A stretch of 46,782 nucleotides of DNA from a virus (taxonomy: Duplodnaviria; Caudoviricetes): positions 1-46,782 of IMG/VR virus record IMGVR_UViG_3300044667_000043. One strand, 5' to 3'. A model generated the notes under the pieces. The model worked only from the letters and a program-made list of their open reading frames with translations. It was not told the origin of the DNA and ran no database searches. Made by a program: the position numbers and the translations under genes. Positions 26,466 through 34,856 of the stretch are shown one piece after another. Each line of letters opens with the position of its first letter. The stretch's first letter is position 1.

Positions 26466-26906
26466 ATGAGCTACCCCACCACGATAAAGGGCCAGAAGTG
26501 GGGCCTTCGCCTTGGCGACGGCGCTAGCCCTGAAGTTTTCACGACCGTCTGCGGCATCACGACGAAGGGCCTGCAGCGCACCCGTGCGGTGAACGAAAGT
26601 CAGAATTGGGACTGTGACGACCCGGACGCTCTTCCGTTGACGGAACGTGAAATGGCAGCCGGCGATTGGACCATTAGTGGCAGCGGCCAAGCAGTAGCCG
26701 CCGAACTCGACCGACTTGAAGACGCGTTCGATACCGCAGCTAACTGGCAATTGGTGCTCATGGGCACCGGCGCCACCATAGTCCGCTCATACACGGGCAA
26801 CGCCATCATGACGGACCTCACGCTCGGCGCGGTCAACGGCGAGAAGGCGACGATCAGCCTGACGCTCTCTGGTAACGGCGCGTTGGCAAAAGACACGACA
26901 CCCTGA
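26466..26906 (+). CDS. Tail tube protein
   Basis: GDGASPEVFT..CG...K, DCDDPD, WTISGSG, Y.G.A. Confidence 0.88.
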   Translation: MSYPTTIKGQKWGLRLGDGASPEVFTTVCGITTKGLQRTRAVNESQNWDCDDPDALPLTEREMAAGDWTISGSGQAVAAELDRLEDAFDTAANWQLVLMGTGATIVRSYTGNAIMTDLTLGAVNGEKATISLTLSGNGALAKDTTP

Positions 26907-27388
26907 TGCAGACCCATCGCGATATCGAATTCGGCGATGGCGTCTACACGTTCAAGCTGGGCATGGCCCAGATCATCGCCATCGAAGAGAAGTGCAAGGC
27001 CAGCATCGGCGCGGTCTACGCGCGTACATTGGCTGGCGTTCGCGAAAAGGATGGCCTGGTATTCGGGTATGGCGCCGAGGCGGAATTTCGGCTGCAGGAA
27101 GTCATCGAGATTTGCCGGCAAGGCCTGATCGGCGGCGGCACGGGCTTTGTCGATGGGCGCGACGTAAAGGTCAGCCCTCACCTCGCCAACCATTTGGTTG
27201 CCACGTACCTGAACCCTGATGCGGGGAACCCGCTGCACGACGTCTGGGTGCTCGCTGCCCGCCTCTGCCAAGACCTGCTCTATGGCTACGAGCCGGCCAT
27301 TGCTGCGGCTCAAAAAAAAAGCCCGAAGCGACCCAGGCGGAAGCCGACGACCGGTTCGTCCGAGGCGAGGTCATCGGCAACGGCATAG
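26906..27388 (+). CDS. Tail assembly chaperone (G form; GTA gp10-like)
   Basis: FGDG.Y.F.LG...I..IEEKC, R.GLIGGG; between tube and tape measure. Confidence 0.82.
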   Translation: MQTHRDIEFGDGVYTFKLGMAQIIAIEEKCKASIGAVYARTLAGVREKDGLVFGYGAEAEFRLQEVIEICRQGLIGGGTGFVDGRDVKVSPHLANHLVATYLNPDAGNPLHDVWVLAARLCQDLLYGYEPAIAAAQKKSPKRPRRKPTTGSSEARSSATA

Positions 27389-27555
27389 TGATGGGCATCG
27401 CGCCGTCGGAGGTGCTGGCGATGCCGCTCCATGATTACCAGGCCGCTTTTCACCATTGGACCCGCGCCAACAGCAGCGAGGATGATGACGAGCCGCTGAG
27501 CGAGACCGACTTTGACGAAATGTTGGACGACATGGCCTCTGCGGGGATCCACTGA
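27312..27555 (+). other. -1 programmed frameshift site (A9 run) and G-T extension
   Basis: CAA AAA AAA AGC; the -1 frame reads KPEATQAE...MGIAPSEVLAMPL...AGIH to TGA 27553-27555, overlapping the tape-measure ATG. Confidence 0.85.
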
Positions 27556-29267
27556 TGGCGAACGGAACGCCCCTTGAGCTGATCGCCGTCGAAGTTCGCG
27601 CCGATCTCGATACGCTCGAAACGGATATGGCCGGCGCGGCGCGCGTCGTCGACACCAACGTCGCCAAGATCACGCAATCGGTTCAGCAATCCGAGCAGGC
27701 GATCGTGCGCTCGTCGGAGAACGCCGGCGACGCGATGACCCGCACGGGCGGCGCCTCGCGCGCTCTCGGTCTGCAATTCTCTCAGATGGGCCAGCAGGTC
27801 GCCGCCGGCGCGAGCCCGCTTCAGGCGATCGCGATACAGTTGCCAGACCTTGCGGTGGCGATGGGCTCGACGGGCGCCCAAGCCGGTTCTCTCGCCGCCT
27901 TCTTCGGTGGGCCGTGGGGGATTGCCCTGACGACCGCCGCAGCCGTCGCCGCTGCCCTCGGGCCGAAGATTCTCGGCATCGGAGACGCGGCTGACGAGGC
28001 CAAAGGTGGCGTCTTCAACCTCATCGAGGCGCTTGCCCGGCTAAACAAGGCCCAAGGGCAAATCTCGATGAACGACCTAGCTGTCGCTGACGTCGAGGTG
28101 CGGCGATTGCAGGGCCAGATCAACACCTTGCAAGCGAAGATCGCAACGCGCCCGAAGGGTCCCGACGGGACGCCGATGTTCAGCTATAAGGACTTGGCGA
28201 CCCTCAAGGATCTCCAGCAGCAACTCGGCGATGCGCAGACGACCCTCGCGGGCTCGCAAATGCGTCTTGCCGCCCAGCAGCGGAATGACGCGCTCGACGC
28301 CGCAGCGGAAGCGCGCAACCGCAACCGTGGCGCCCCGACACGCACCCGCACCGGCAAGACCGACGAGGAGCGCGCTGCTGAGGCGGCGGCCAAGGAAGCC
28401 CAGCGCCAGGACGAGCTATACGACAAGACCAAGCGCCAACTCGAGCTCGAACAGACGCTCGCGGCGTTGCGCGGTCAAGGGAACCTCGAATCCGATCGCG
28501 CCGCGGACAAGCTTGAGGCGATCGCCCGCATTCAAGAGCAGTTTCCGCAATTGGCTGCTTCGACGCTGCAGGCCGACCAAGAGCGACTTGCCGTCCTAAC
28601 CAGCATCGCCACCGCGACGATCGATGAAGCCTACAACCGAAAGCAGGCGAAGGAGGAGGCCGACAAGCAAGCCAAGGCCGAAAAGGAAGCGCAGGAACAG
28701 CGGAAGAAGGCAGCCGATGACCTTGCCCGACGTCAAGAACGCCAAATCCGTTCGCTCGCCAGCCTCTACGAGGACGCTTTCCGCGGCGGCACCGACGCTA
28801 TCTGGAAGGACTTCAAGGATATCGGCCTGCGGGTGATCGCTGAGACGCTTGCGCGCTTCACGCTGTCGAAGTTGGGCGGCGGCGGTGGGGGTGGCAGCAT
28901 CTTCGACTTCGCCGGCGCCGCGCTCGGTTCGGTGCTTGGCTTCGCCTCAGGCGGCTCCATGACCATCGGCGGGCGCGGCGGCACCGACACCAACCTCCTT
29001 TCGCTGAACGGCCGGCCGATCGCCAACGTCAGTCGCGGCGAAACCCTGTCCGTCGGCAACCGCGCGCTGAACGGGCGCGGCGGAGCGACCGTCGTTCAGC
29101 AGACATTCCTGCTCGACAACCGCGGCGGCGTCACCACTCCGGAGCTGATCGACTACATCAACCGCACCGCGAACGCTGCGGCGTTTCAGCACAGCGCGGC
29201 GATGGGCCAGACCGTGCTCAAGGCGGTTCCGGGCCGGATCACGAAGTTCCAGCGGGACGGCACCTGA
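27555..29267 (+). CDS. Tape measure protein
   Basis: Ala-rich helical protein; Q..Q...Q...G.SP...I..Q.P, FGGPWG, GFASGG, GG.D.NL motifs. Confidence 0.9.
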   Translation: MANGTPLELIAVEVRADLDTLETDMAGAARVVDTNVAKITQSVQQSEQAIVRSSENAGDAMTRTGGASRALGLQFSQMGQQVAAGASPLQAIAIQLPDLAVAMGSTGAQAGSLAAFFGGPWGIALTTAAAVAAALGPKILGIGDAADEAKGGVFNLIEALARLNKAQGQISMNDLAVADVEVRRLQGQINTLQAKIATRPKGPDGTPMFSYKDLATLKDLQQQLGDAQTTLAGSQMRLAAQQRNDALDAAAEARNRNRGAPTRTRTGKTDEERAAEAAAKEAQRQDELYDKTKRQLELEQTLAALRGQGNLESDRAADKLEAIARIQEQFPQLAASTLQADQERLAVLTSIATATIDEAYNRKQAKEEADKQAKAEKEAQEQRKKAADDLARRQERQIRSLASLYEDAFRGGTDAIWKDFKDIGLRVIAETLARFTLSKLGGGGGGGSIFDFAGAALGSVLGFASGGSMTIGGRGGTDTNLLSLNGRPIANVSRGETLSVGNRALNGRGGATVVQQTFLLDNRGGVTTPELIDYINRTANAAAFQHSAAMGQTVLKAVPGRITKFQRDGT

Positions 29268-29830
29268 TGGCAATCTACCGCGAGAGCATCATCGTCCGCA
29301 TCGCCTGCGACCCGCCCGCGCTGTTGTGGTCGGGTCTGGGCCCCCTTCCCGTCCCGGCCGATGCTGTCATCCCCGCGCCGACGATCGCGCTCGGCGGTGG
29401 TGAGCTGGTCAGCGTGCCCGACTTTCAGCAACTCATCGGTGGCACGGCCGAGCGGCTCGACTTCACCGTCTCGGGCGTGAACGAGGAAACGCTTCGCTTC
29501 GCGCTGGAAGATGCTCCCTCGGTCCGCGGCGCGCGCGTCGATATCGGGACGATTCAGTTCGACGAGGCCTGGCAGATCGAAAGCGTAGAGTGGGAAAACG
29601 TCTTCGAGGCGCGGTCCCTCTCGATCAGCCGGCCGCAGGACAACGGCAGCGGTATCGTTACGCGCTCGATCACGCTGACCATCGTGCAAGGCTCGACGAC
29701 GCGCAGCCGGGCGAACCTGGCTTTCTTCACCGATGCCGATCAGCGACGGCGCTCGCCCGACGACGACATTTTCAGCCATGTCGCCGGCATCAGCGCCGGC
29801 ACGTCGCGGCGCTTCGGGCCGAACGACTGA
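29267..29830 (+). CDS. Tail tip hub-like protein
   Basis: LWSG.G, T.ADQ..RSP.D..F; follows tape measure. Confidence 0.7.
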   Translation: MAIYRESIIVRIACDPPALLWSGLGPLPVPADAVIPAPTIALGGGELVSVPDFQQLIGGTAERLDFTVSGVNEETLRFALEDAPSVRGARVDIGTIQFDEAWQIESVEWENVFEARSLSISRPQDNGSGIVTRSITLTIVQGSTTRSRANLAFFTDADQRRRSPDDDIFSHVAGISAGTSRRFGPND

Positions 29831-30231
29831 TGGCAGAGCTCGGCGCCTTCCTCCTCGACCTCGGTAGCGAGCGCCGGCAGCTCGGCGTGCATGACTGCTG
29901 CACGATGCCGTGCGATTGGGCCGTGCTGAACGGGTGGCCGGATCCGATGGCCACCTGGCGCGGCGCGTACTCCACGGCCGAGGAGGCCGAGGCGTTCATC
30001 GCTGACGCCGGCGGGCTGCTCGCGCTGTTCGAGCGGGGGTTCGACGGCGCCGGCATTCCGCGGCGCGAAGGCCCCGCCAGTATCGGCGATGTCGGCGTGC
30101 TCCGGATCGGCGATCTCGAAGCCGGCTCGATCTGCACCGGCAAGCGGTGGGCCTTCATAGGCGAGCGCGGGATCGGCATGGCTTCGGTCGATCCCGACGC
30201 CGTAGCCGCAACCTGGGCAACAGGAGGATAG
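29830..30231 (+). CDS. NlpC/P60-like tail assembly protein (DUF6950-like)
   Basis: G.HDC....DW, DP...WRG.YST, GDVGV. Confidence 0.75.
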   Translation: MAELGAFLLDLGSERRQLGVHDCCTMPCDWAVLNGWPDPMATWRGAYSTAEEAEAFIADAGGLLALFERGFDGAGIPRREGPASIGDVGVLRIGDLEAGSICTGKRWAFIGERGIGMASVDPDAVAATWATGG

Positions 30232-30232
30232 C

Positions 30233-32089
30233 GTGGGCAAGACCTTGGGCGCCATCCTCACGATCGGCGCCGCCATCGCGATCAACGTGATTCCCGGCGT
30301 GGGACAGGCGATCAGCGGCGCTGTCTTCGGTGCCCTCTCGACCGTAACCGGCACGATCGGTACGCTGGCAAGCGTCGCCTTCACGATCGGCCAAATCGCA
30401 CCGCTAGCCCTCACCCTCGCCGGTGTTGCGAGCTTGGGCGGGATTCTCCAAGGCGGGCCGCCGAAGCCCGACACTGCGTCCACCGCGATCAAGACCTCAC
30501 GCCCGCCGCGGGTCAGCGCCTATGGGTTATCGAGGCTCTACCCGGCGGCCATCCTCTACGAGACGGCCGAGGACGGGACTGCCGTCGATGTGGGTGCGGT
30601 CCATGACGGGCAACTTACCGAGATCGTCCAGCGCTACCTCGCCGACGACAAGATCACTCTCAGCGGCAACGTCGTGAACGAAGGCAGCGATGGGCGTTAC
30701 AAGGGCGGCAAGCTCTCATTCTACACCACCGACGGATCTAGCCCCGGCGCTCCGCTGAGCGCAGTGGTCGCCAAGCTCCCCGGGATATGGACATCAAATC
30801 ACCGCGGCGACGGCGTTGTGCTGGTCGCTCTGCTGAGCAGCCCGGTCAAGTCCAAGGACTTCCTCGACGTCTATCCCAATGGCGTGCCGGTGGCGTCCAT
30901 CGCGGCCAAGTGGCAGAAGTGCCCCGACTTCCACGCCGCTGATCCGACCGACGAGGCAGGGTGGACCTGGACGGAGAACCCGATCCGCCAGCTCGGGCAC
31001 TACAAGCTGAAGCGCGAAGGCATAGACTACGCGACCAAAATCGCGCCCACGCTTGCCTATTGGCAAGCCGCTCAGGATGTCTGCGACGAGCCCGTCCCCT
31101 TGAAGGCCGGCGGCACCGAGGCGCGCTATCGTTCCTGCCTCAGCCACAAGCACACCGACACGCACGGCAGCGTCTCCGCAGGGCTACTTACGGCCTGTGA
31201 CGGTTGGATCGCTCCACGCAGTGACGGCGCCCTGGTCGTCTACGCCGGGAAATATATCGCGCCGACCGTCAGCATCGGGCCCGAGCACATCATCGCCTAT
31301 GAATGGTCGGGCGTCGGAGTCGACGACGACGATGCGGTCAACGAGATCGTCTGTTCCTACGTTTCGGCCGATCACGACTATAACACCGTGGAATGCGACG
31401 CCTGGCGCGACGAGGATGATATCGCCGCGCGCGGGCAGGTCTTGTCGCAGGACTTCGAGCCGCAGGTGCCATCCTGGGGTCAGGTCCGCCGCCTCGCGAA
31501 GATTAAAATGGCGCGGGCGAATGCTATCTACCGTGGGTCGGTCACAACGAACGTCTCAGGTCGCATTGTTCGCGGCCAACGCTTCATCAACCTGCTGCTG
31601 CAGGATGCCGGCGCGACATTCTACGACGGTCCCGCCGAGATCACCGCCGTCACGCGCAACATCGCCACCGGCGGCGTTACGTTCACATGGGTTGCGGTGA
31701 GCCCGAATGCCTATGCGTGGAACCCTGCGACCGAGGAAGGTGAACCGGCTCCGGTCGGTGATCGCGTGGCGCTCGAACCGCTCGAGGCGCCAATTCTCAA
31801 TTCAGTCTCCGTCGACCACACTTCCAACATTGGCGGCGACACGGGCGCGCGGCTCGAAGCTGACGGCACCGGTCCCGATCGCGACGACCTGACTTGGTAT
31901 CTGCGTTGGCGACTCGATGGTGATCCCTCTTGGGTCGAGCAGGAATATCAAGACCAGGCGCCTGGCGCCGCAGTGACCCTGTTCACGACGCCGGTCCCAC
32001 TGGACAACGATATCGACGTGGAGATTTCATATCGGGCCGGAGACGGCCGCATCTCGGATTGGTCGAACACCGTGACCGTCTCGACTTAG
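30233..32089 (+). CDS. Central tail tip (gpJ-like) protein
   Basis: W.W.ENP, W.AA.DVCDE, RY, Q..RLAK; FN3-like C-terminus. Confidence 0.82.
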   Translation: MGKTLGAILTIGAAIAINVIPGVGQAISGAVFGALSTVTGTIGTLASVAFTIGQIAPLALTLAGVASLGGILQGGPPKPDTASTAIKTSRPPRVSAYGLSRLYPAAILYETAEDGTAVDVGAVHDGQLTEIVQRYLADDKITLSGNVVNEGSDGRYKGGKLSFYTTDGSSPGAPLSAVVAKLPGIWTSNHRGDGVVLVALLSSPVKSKDFLDVYPNGVPVASIAAKWQKCPDFHAADPTDEAGWTWTENPIRQLGHYKLKREGIDYATKIAPTLAYWQAAQDVCDEPVPLKAGGTEARYRSCLSHKHTDTHGSVSAGLLTACDGWIAPRSDGALVVYAGKYIAPTVSIGPEHIIAYEWSGVGVDDDDAVNEIVCSYVSADHDYNTVECDAWRDEDDIAARGQVLSQDFEPQVPSWGQVRRLAKIKMARANAIYRGSVTTNVSGRIVRGQRFINLLLQDAGATFYDGPAEITAVTRNIATGGVTFTWVAVSPNAYAWNPATEEGEPAPVGDRVALEPLEAPILNSVSVDHTSNIGGDTGARLEADGTGPDRDDLTWYLRWRLDGDPSWVEQEYQDQAPGAAVTLFTTPVPLDNDIDVEISYRAGDGRISDWSNTVTVST

Positions 32090-32093
32090 GCGG

Positions 32094-32134
32094 CGTCCGT
32101 AGAGCGCGTGGGCCATGCTCGGCAGTCCTACGCC
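32094..32134 (+). promoter_or_regulatory. Late-promoter motif CGTCCGTAG
   Basis: Motif ends 32 nt before ATG 32135. Confidence 0.7.
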
Positions 32135-32830
32135 ATGCCGCTCTACATCTTCCCGCTCCACAAGTTCGGCCCGGAGACGATCAAGGTCGACGTCGTGCCG
32201 CGCGTGATCAGCGGCGGCGCGGCACTGAACGGCGAGGAGGACGTGATCCAGACCGACGGTGGAGGCCGTTGGGAAGGATCGATCGGCGGCCTCAGCCTCA
32301 ACAAGCCCTGGCAGGAGCGGCTGTGGGGCGCCTGGACGTCGTATTGGGCCGGCGGCGCCCGGGCGTTCCTCATGCCGGTCTATTCGCTTCGCACGGCGCC
32401 GCGTCCGGTGGCTGGCAATGGCGCCATGCGTCCCTCGAACCTCATCGCCGACGACGACGTGTTCCCCACGACCGTCGGCTTTGCCTCTCCATACATTAAG
32501 GCCCAAACGGTCGGCGGGGCGGCACTTCGCGCGACGACGATGACGGCACTCGTCACTCAGGGCGCTCGGATCGAGCCCGGTATGCGTTTCAGCTATGGCG
32601 CTCGATCCTACAAGATTGAGCGCGTCACCGCGAAAAGTGGCTATCAGGCGACGTTCACGTTCAGTCCACCCGCGCGCGAGGCGATCGCCAACGGCGCAGC
32701 GCTCAACTTCGACTGGCCGCTGGTGCAGTGCCGGATTGCGACGGGGCAGGATCTGGCGCCTGCAATGAGCTTCGGGCGCTTCGGGTCTGCTGGCTTCAAT
32801 TTCGTCGAGGACTTCAGCGATGCCAGCTAG
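32135..32830 (+). CDS. Distal-tail-like protein
   Basis: GG..L.G...V...DGGGRW, PG..FS, F.PP.REA, FD.P, F.E.F. Confidence 0.65.
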   Translation: MPLYIFPLHKFGPETIKVDVVPRVISGGAALNGEEDVIQTDGGGRWEGSIGGLSLNKPWQERLWGAWTSYWAGGARAFLMPVYSLRTAPRPVAGNGAMRPSNLIADDDVFPTTVGFASPYIKAQTVGGAALRATTMTALVTQGARIEPGMRFSYGARSYKIERVTAKSGYQATFTFSPPAREAIANGAALNFDWPLVQCRIATGQDLAPAMSFGRFGSAGFNFVEDFSDAS

Positions 32831-33548
32831 CCTTGATCTCGAGGTGCCGCGCAACGGTGACTACTATCAGGAATGGCAACTCTGCGATGCAGCCGGCGCG
32901 GCGATCGACCTCACATCCAGCGTGATCACGATGGCTTGCCGCCGCATCGCGGGAGCAGGTGGTATTGTTGCCGCAGCCGAGATCGCCATAGTGGATCCGA
33001 CCAATGGGCAATTCACCGTCCGCTGGAAGGGCGAGGATTTCTTCGAAATAGAAGGTGTGACCGAAATCGTTCGGCTTGCCTATGACATGCGCCGGGTGGC
33101 GGGGGGTATCACGGAGATACCGGTGCGCGGGCATATCGTGCTTATGCCGGAAGTCACGGTCCCGACACTTGCCATTTCGAACGGCTCGCCAGCGACCGCG
33201 GAAATCCTGGCAAGCGAGAACATTCCGCACGGCTCGTTCGTGAACGTCTTCAACAACGGCGGCGCGACCGCGATACGGCTAGCCGACGCCTCCGATCCCG
33301 ACAAATTCGCCAGCGGTTTCGCACCGTACACGATCAATTCCGGCAGCAGTGGCTACGTCGCGTTCGGCGGGATCAACACATCCGTTTCGGTCGCTCAGGG
33401 CGTCGCCCAGGTCTGGCTGTCGGACACGGTGCCCGGCGGGTTCGCTACCGTTCCGCCCTCGACGCCGGGGCACATTGTGCAGGCCCTCGGCTCTGCGATC
33501 CCCGGCGCGGGCATCGCCTTCTATCCTCAAGGATGGGTGCTCCTGTGA
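32820..33548 (+). CDS. Baseplate upper-protein (BppU)-like adaptor with a C-terminal structural domain
   Basis: DL....G.Y, IDLT, D...G.F, YD.......G.I...PEVT. Confidence 0.65.
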   Translation: MPASLDLEVPRNGDYYQEWQLCDAAGAAIDLTSSVITMACRRIAGAGGIVAAAEIAIVDPTNGQFTVRWKGEDFFEIEGVTEIVRLAYDMRRVAGGITEIPVRGHIVLMPEVTVPTLAISNGSPATAEILASENIPHGSFVNVFNNGGATAIRLADASDPDKFASGFAPYTINSGSSGYVAFGGINTSVSVAQGVAQVWLSDTVPGGFATVPPSTPGHIVQALGSAIPGAGIAFYPQGWVLL

Positions 33549-34756
33549 ACAAAATCGCTCGCCTCCTTATCGCTCTCGCGGCCTCGCTTGCGCTTTCGCC
33601 AGCCATGGCAAGCAACCAAAAGCCGCTCGTTATCAAGAACGGCCGGACGCAACAGATCCAGGCTGGTGACACGCTGCAGGTCAATGCATCGTCCGGGTCG
33701 GCGGCAGCGATCAATATCCCGCATGGAACTACGCCAACGAGCCCCGCCAACGGCGACTGCTGGACAACGACGGCAGGCTTCTTTTGTCGCGTCAACGGAG
33801 CGACGGTCGGGCCCTATTCCTCGACCACAGGCACGGTCAGCAGCGTTGCAGTCTCGGGTGGCACGACCGGCCTGACAACCAGCGGCGGGCCTATCACCGG
33901 CAGCGGCACGATCACGCTCGGTGGCACCCTCTCGGCAACGAACGGCGGCACTGGCCTGACGTCGCTGGGGACGGGCGTCGCAACTTGGCTCGGGGCGCCA
34001 TCAAGCGCGAACATCGCAGCCGCGACAACGGACGAGACTGGCAGCGGGGCTCTGGTGTTCGCTACGTCACCGACGCTTGTGACCCCGAACCTGGGGACGC
34101 CATCGGCCATCACGCTCACCAATGGCACCGGCCTGCCCCTTACCGGCACGACGGGCAATCTTCCGGTCAGCAGGCTGAACAGCGGCACGGGCGCGAGCAG
34201 CTCGACGTTCTGGCGCGGTGACGGCACGTGGTCGCCCACGACCTATACGCTGATTTCCTCGGTTACTACCTCGGGGAGCCAAGCGACGGTCACATTCTCG
34301 TCGATCCCTGGGACTTACAAGGCGCTCAAGCTGCGCTGGGTCGCGCGCAGCAACCTCGCGGCCACTGACGCGGACCAGCTTATCGTCCAGTTCAACGGGG
34401 ATACCGGGGCCAATTATTATTGGTCGCGCGTCGGCAACGCGGGCACCAGCACCACGGCATTCGCGAGCGGTGCGAACTCAGACACCGGCGTAACTGTTGC
34501 CTATGTCTCAGCGGCGACATCGCCGGCCAATTCCATGGGCGTTGGTGAGGCGGAAATCCCTTATTACGCCAGCGCCTCCTTCACCAAGGGAGGCTGGTCC
34601 GACAACTCGGCGCAAGGCGCTGCGGCGGTCTACCAGGCCAAGCATGGTTTCAGCTGGACCGGGACGGCGGCGATCACCTCACTCACAGTGCGTCTTTCCG
34701 CCTCGAACACCTTCGTCAACGGCTCGATCATCGAACTGATCGGCGTGTCCTACTGA
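33545..34756 (+). CDS. Fibre-like protein with predicted Sec signal peptide
   Basis: GTGA-coupled start MNKIARLLIALAASLALSPAMA; NGGTG, DETGSGALVFA.SPTL.TP.LGTP, WRGDGTW fibre motifs; tip ..VTFSSIP.TY..L, FNGDTG.NY. Confidence 0.75.
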   Translation: MNKIARLLIALAASLALSPAMASNQKPLVIKNGRTQQIQAGDTLQVNASSGSAAAINIPHGTTPTSPANGDCWTTTAGFFCRVNGATVGPYSSTTGTVSSVAVSGGTTGLTTSGGPITGSGTITLGGTLSATNGGTGLTSLGTGVATWLGAPSSANIAAATTDETGSGALVFATSPTLVTPNLGTPSAITLTNGTGLPLTGTTGNLPVSRLNSGTGASSSTFWRGDGTWSPTTYTLISSVTTSGSQATVTFSSIPGTYKALKLRWVARSNLAATDADQLIVQFNGDTGANYYWSRVGNAGTSTTAFASGANSDTGVTVAYVSAATSPANSMGVGEAEIPYYASASFTKGGWSDNSAQGAAAVYQAKHGFSWTGTAAITSLTVRLSASNTFVNGSIIELIGVSY

Positions 34757-34785
34757 TGGTTGGGGCCAACTTAGCCAAAGCCCTA

Positions 34786-34827
34786 CGTCCGTAGAGCAGC
34801 GACCGCCCGCTCGGCAACTCTAGCGCC
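34786..34827 (+). promoter_or_regulatory. Late-promoter motif CGTCCGTAG
   Basis: Motif ends 33 nt before ATG 34828 of a 9-aa uORF. Confidence 0.68.
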
Positions 34828-34856
34828 ATGCTGATCAATGGCGGCTTGAGGTTTTG

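Noticed and set aside
26466-32089. Gene transfer agent
   Set aside because: The tail is GTA-like, but replication, integration, immunity and lysis modules make this an autonomous phage.
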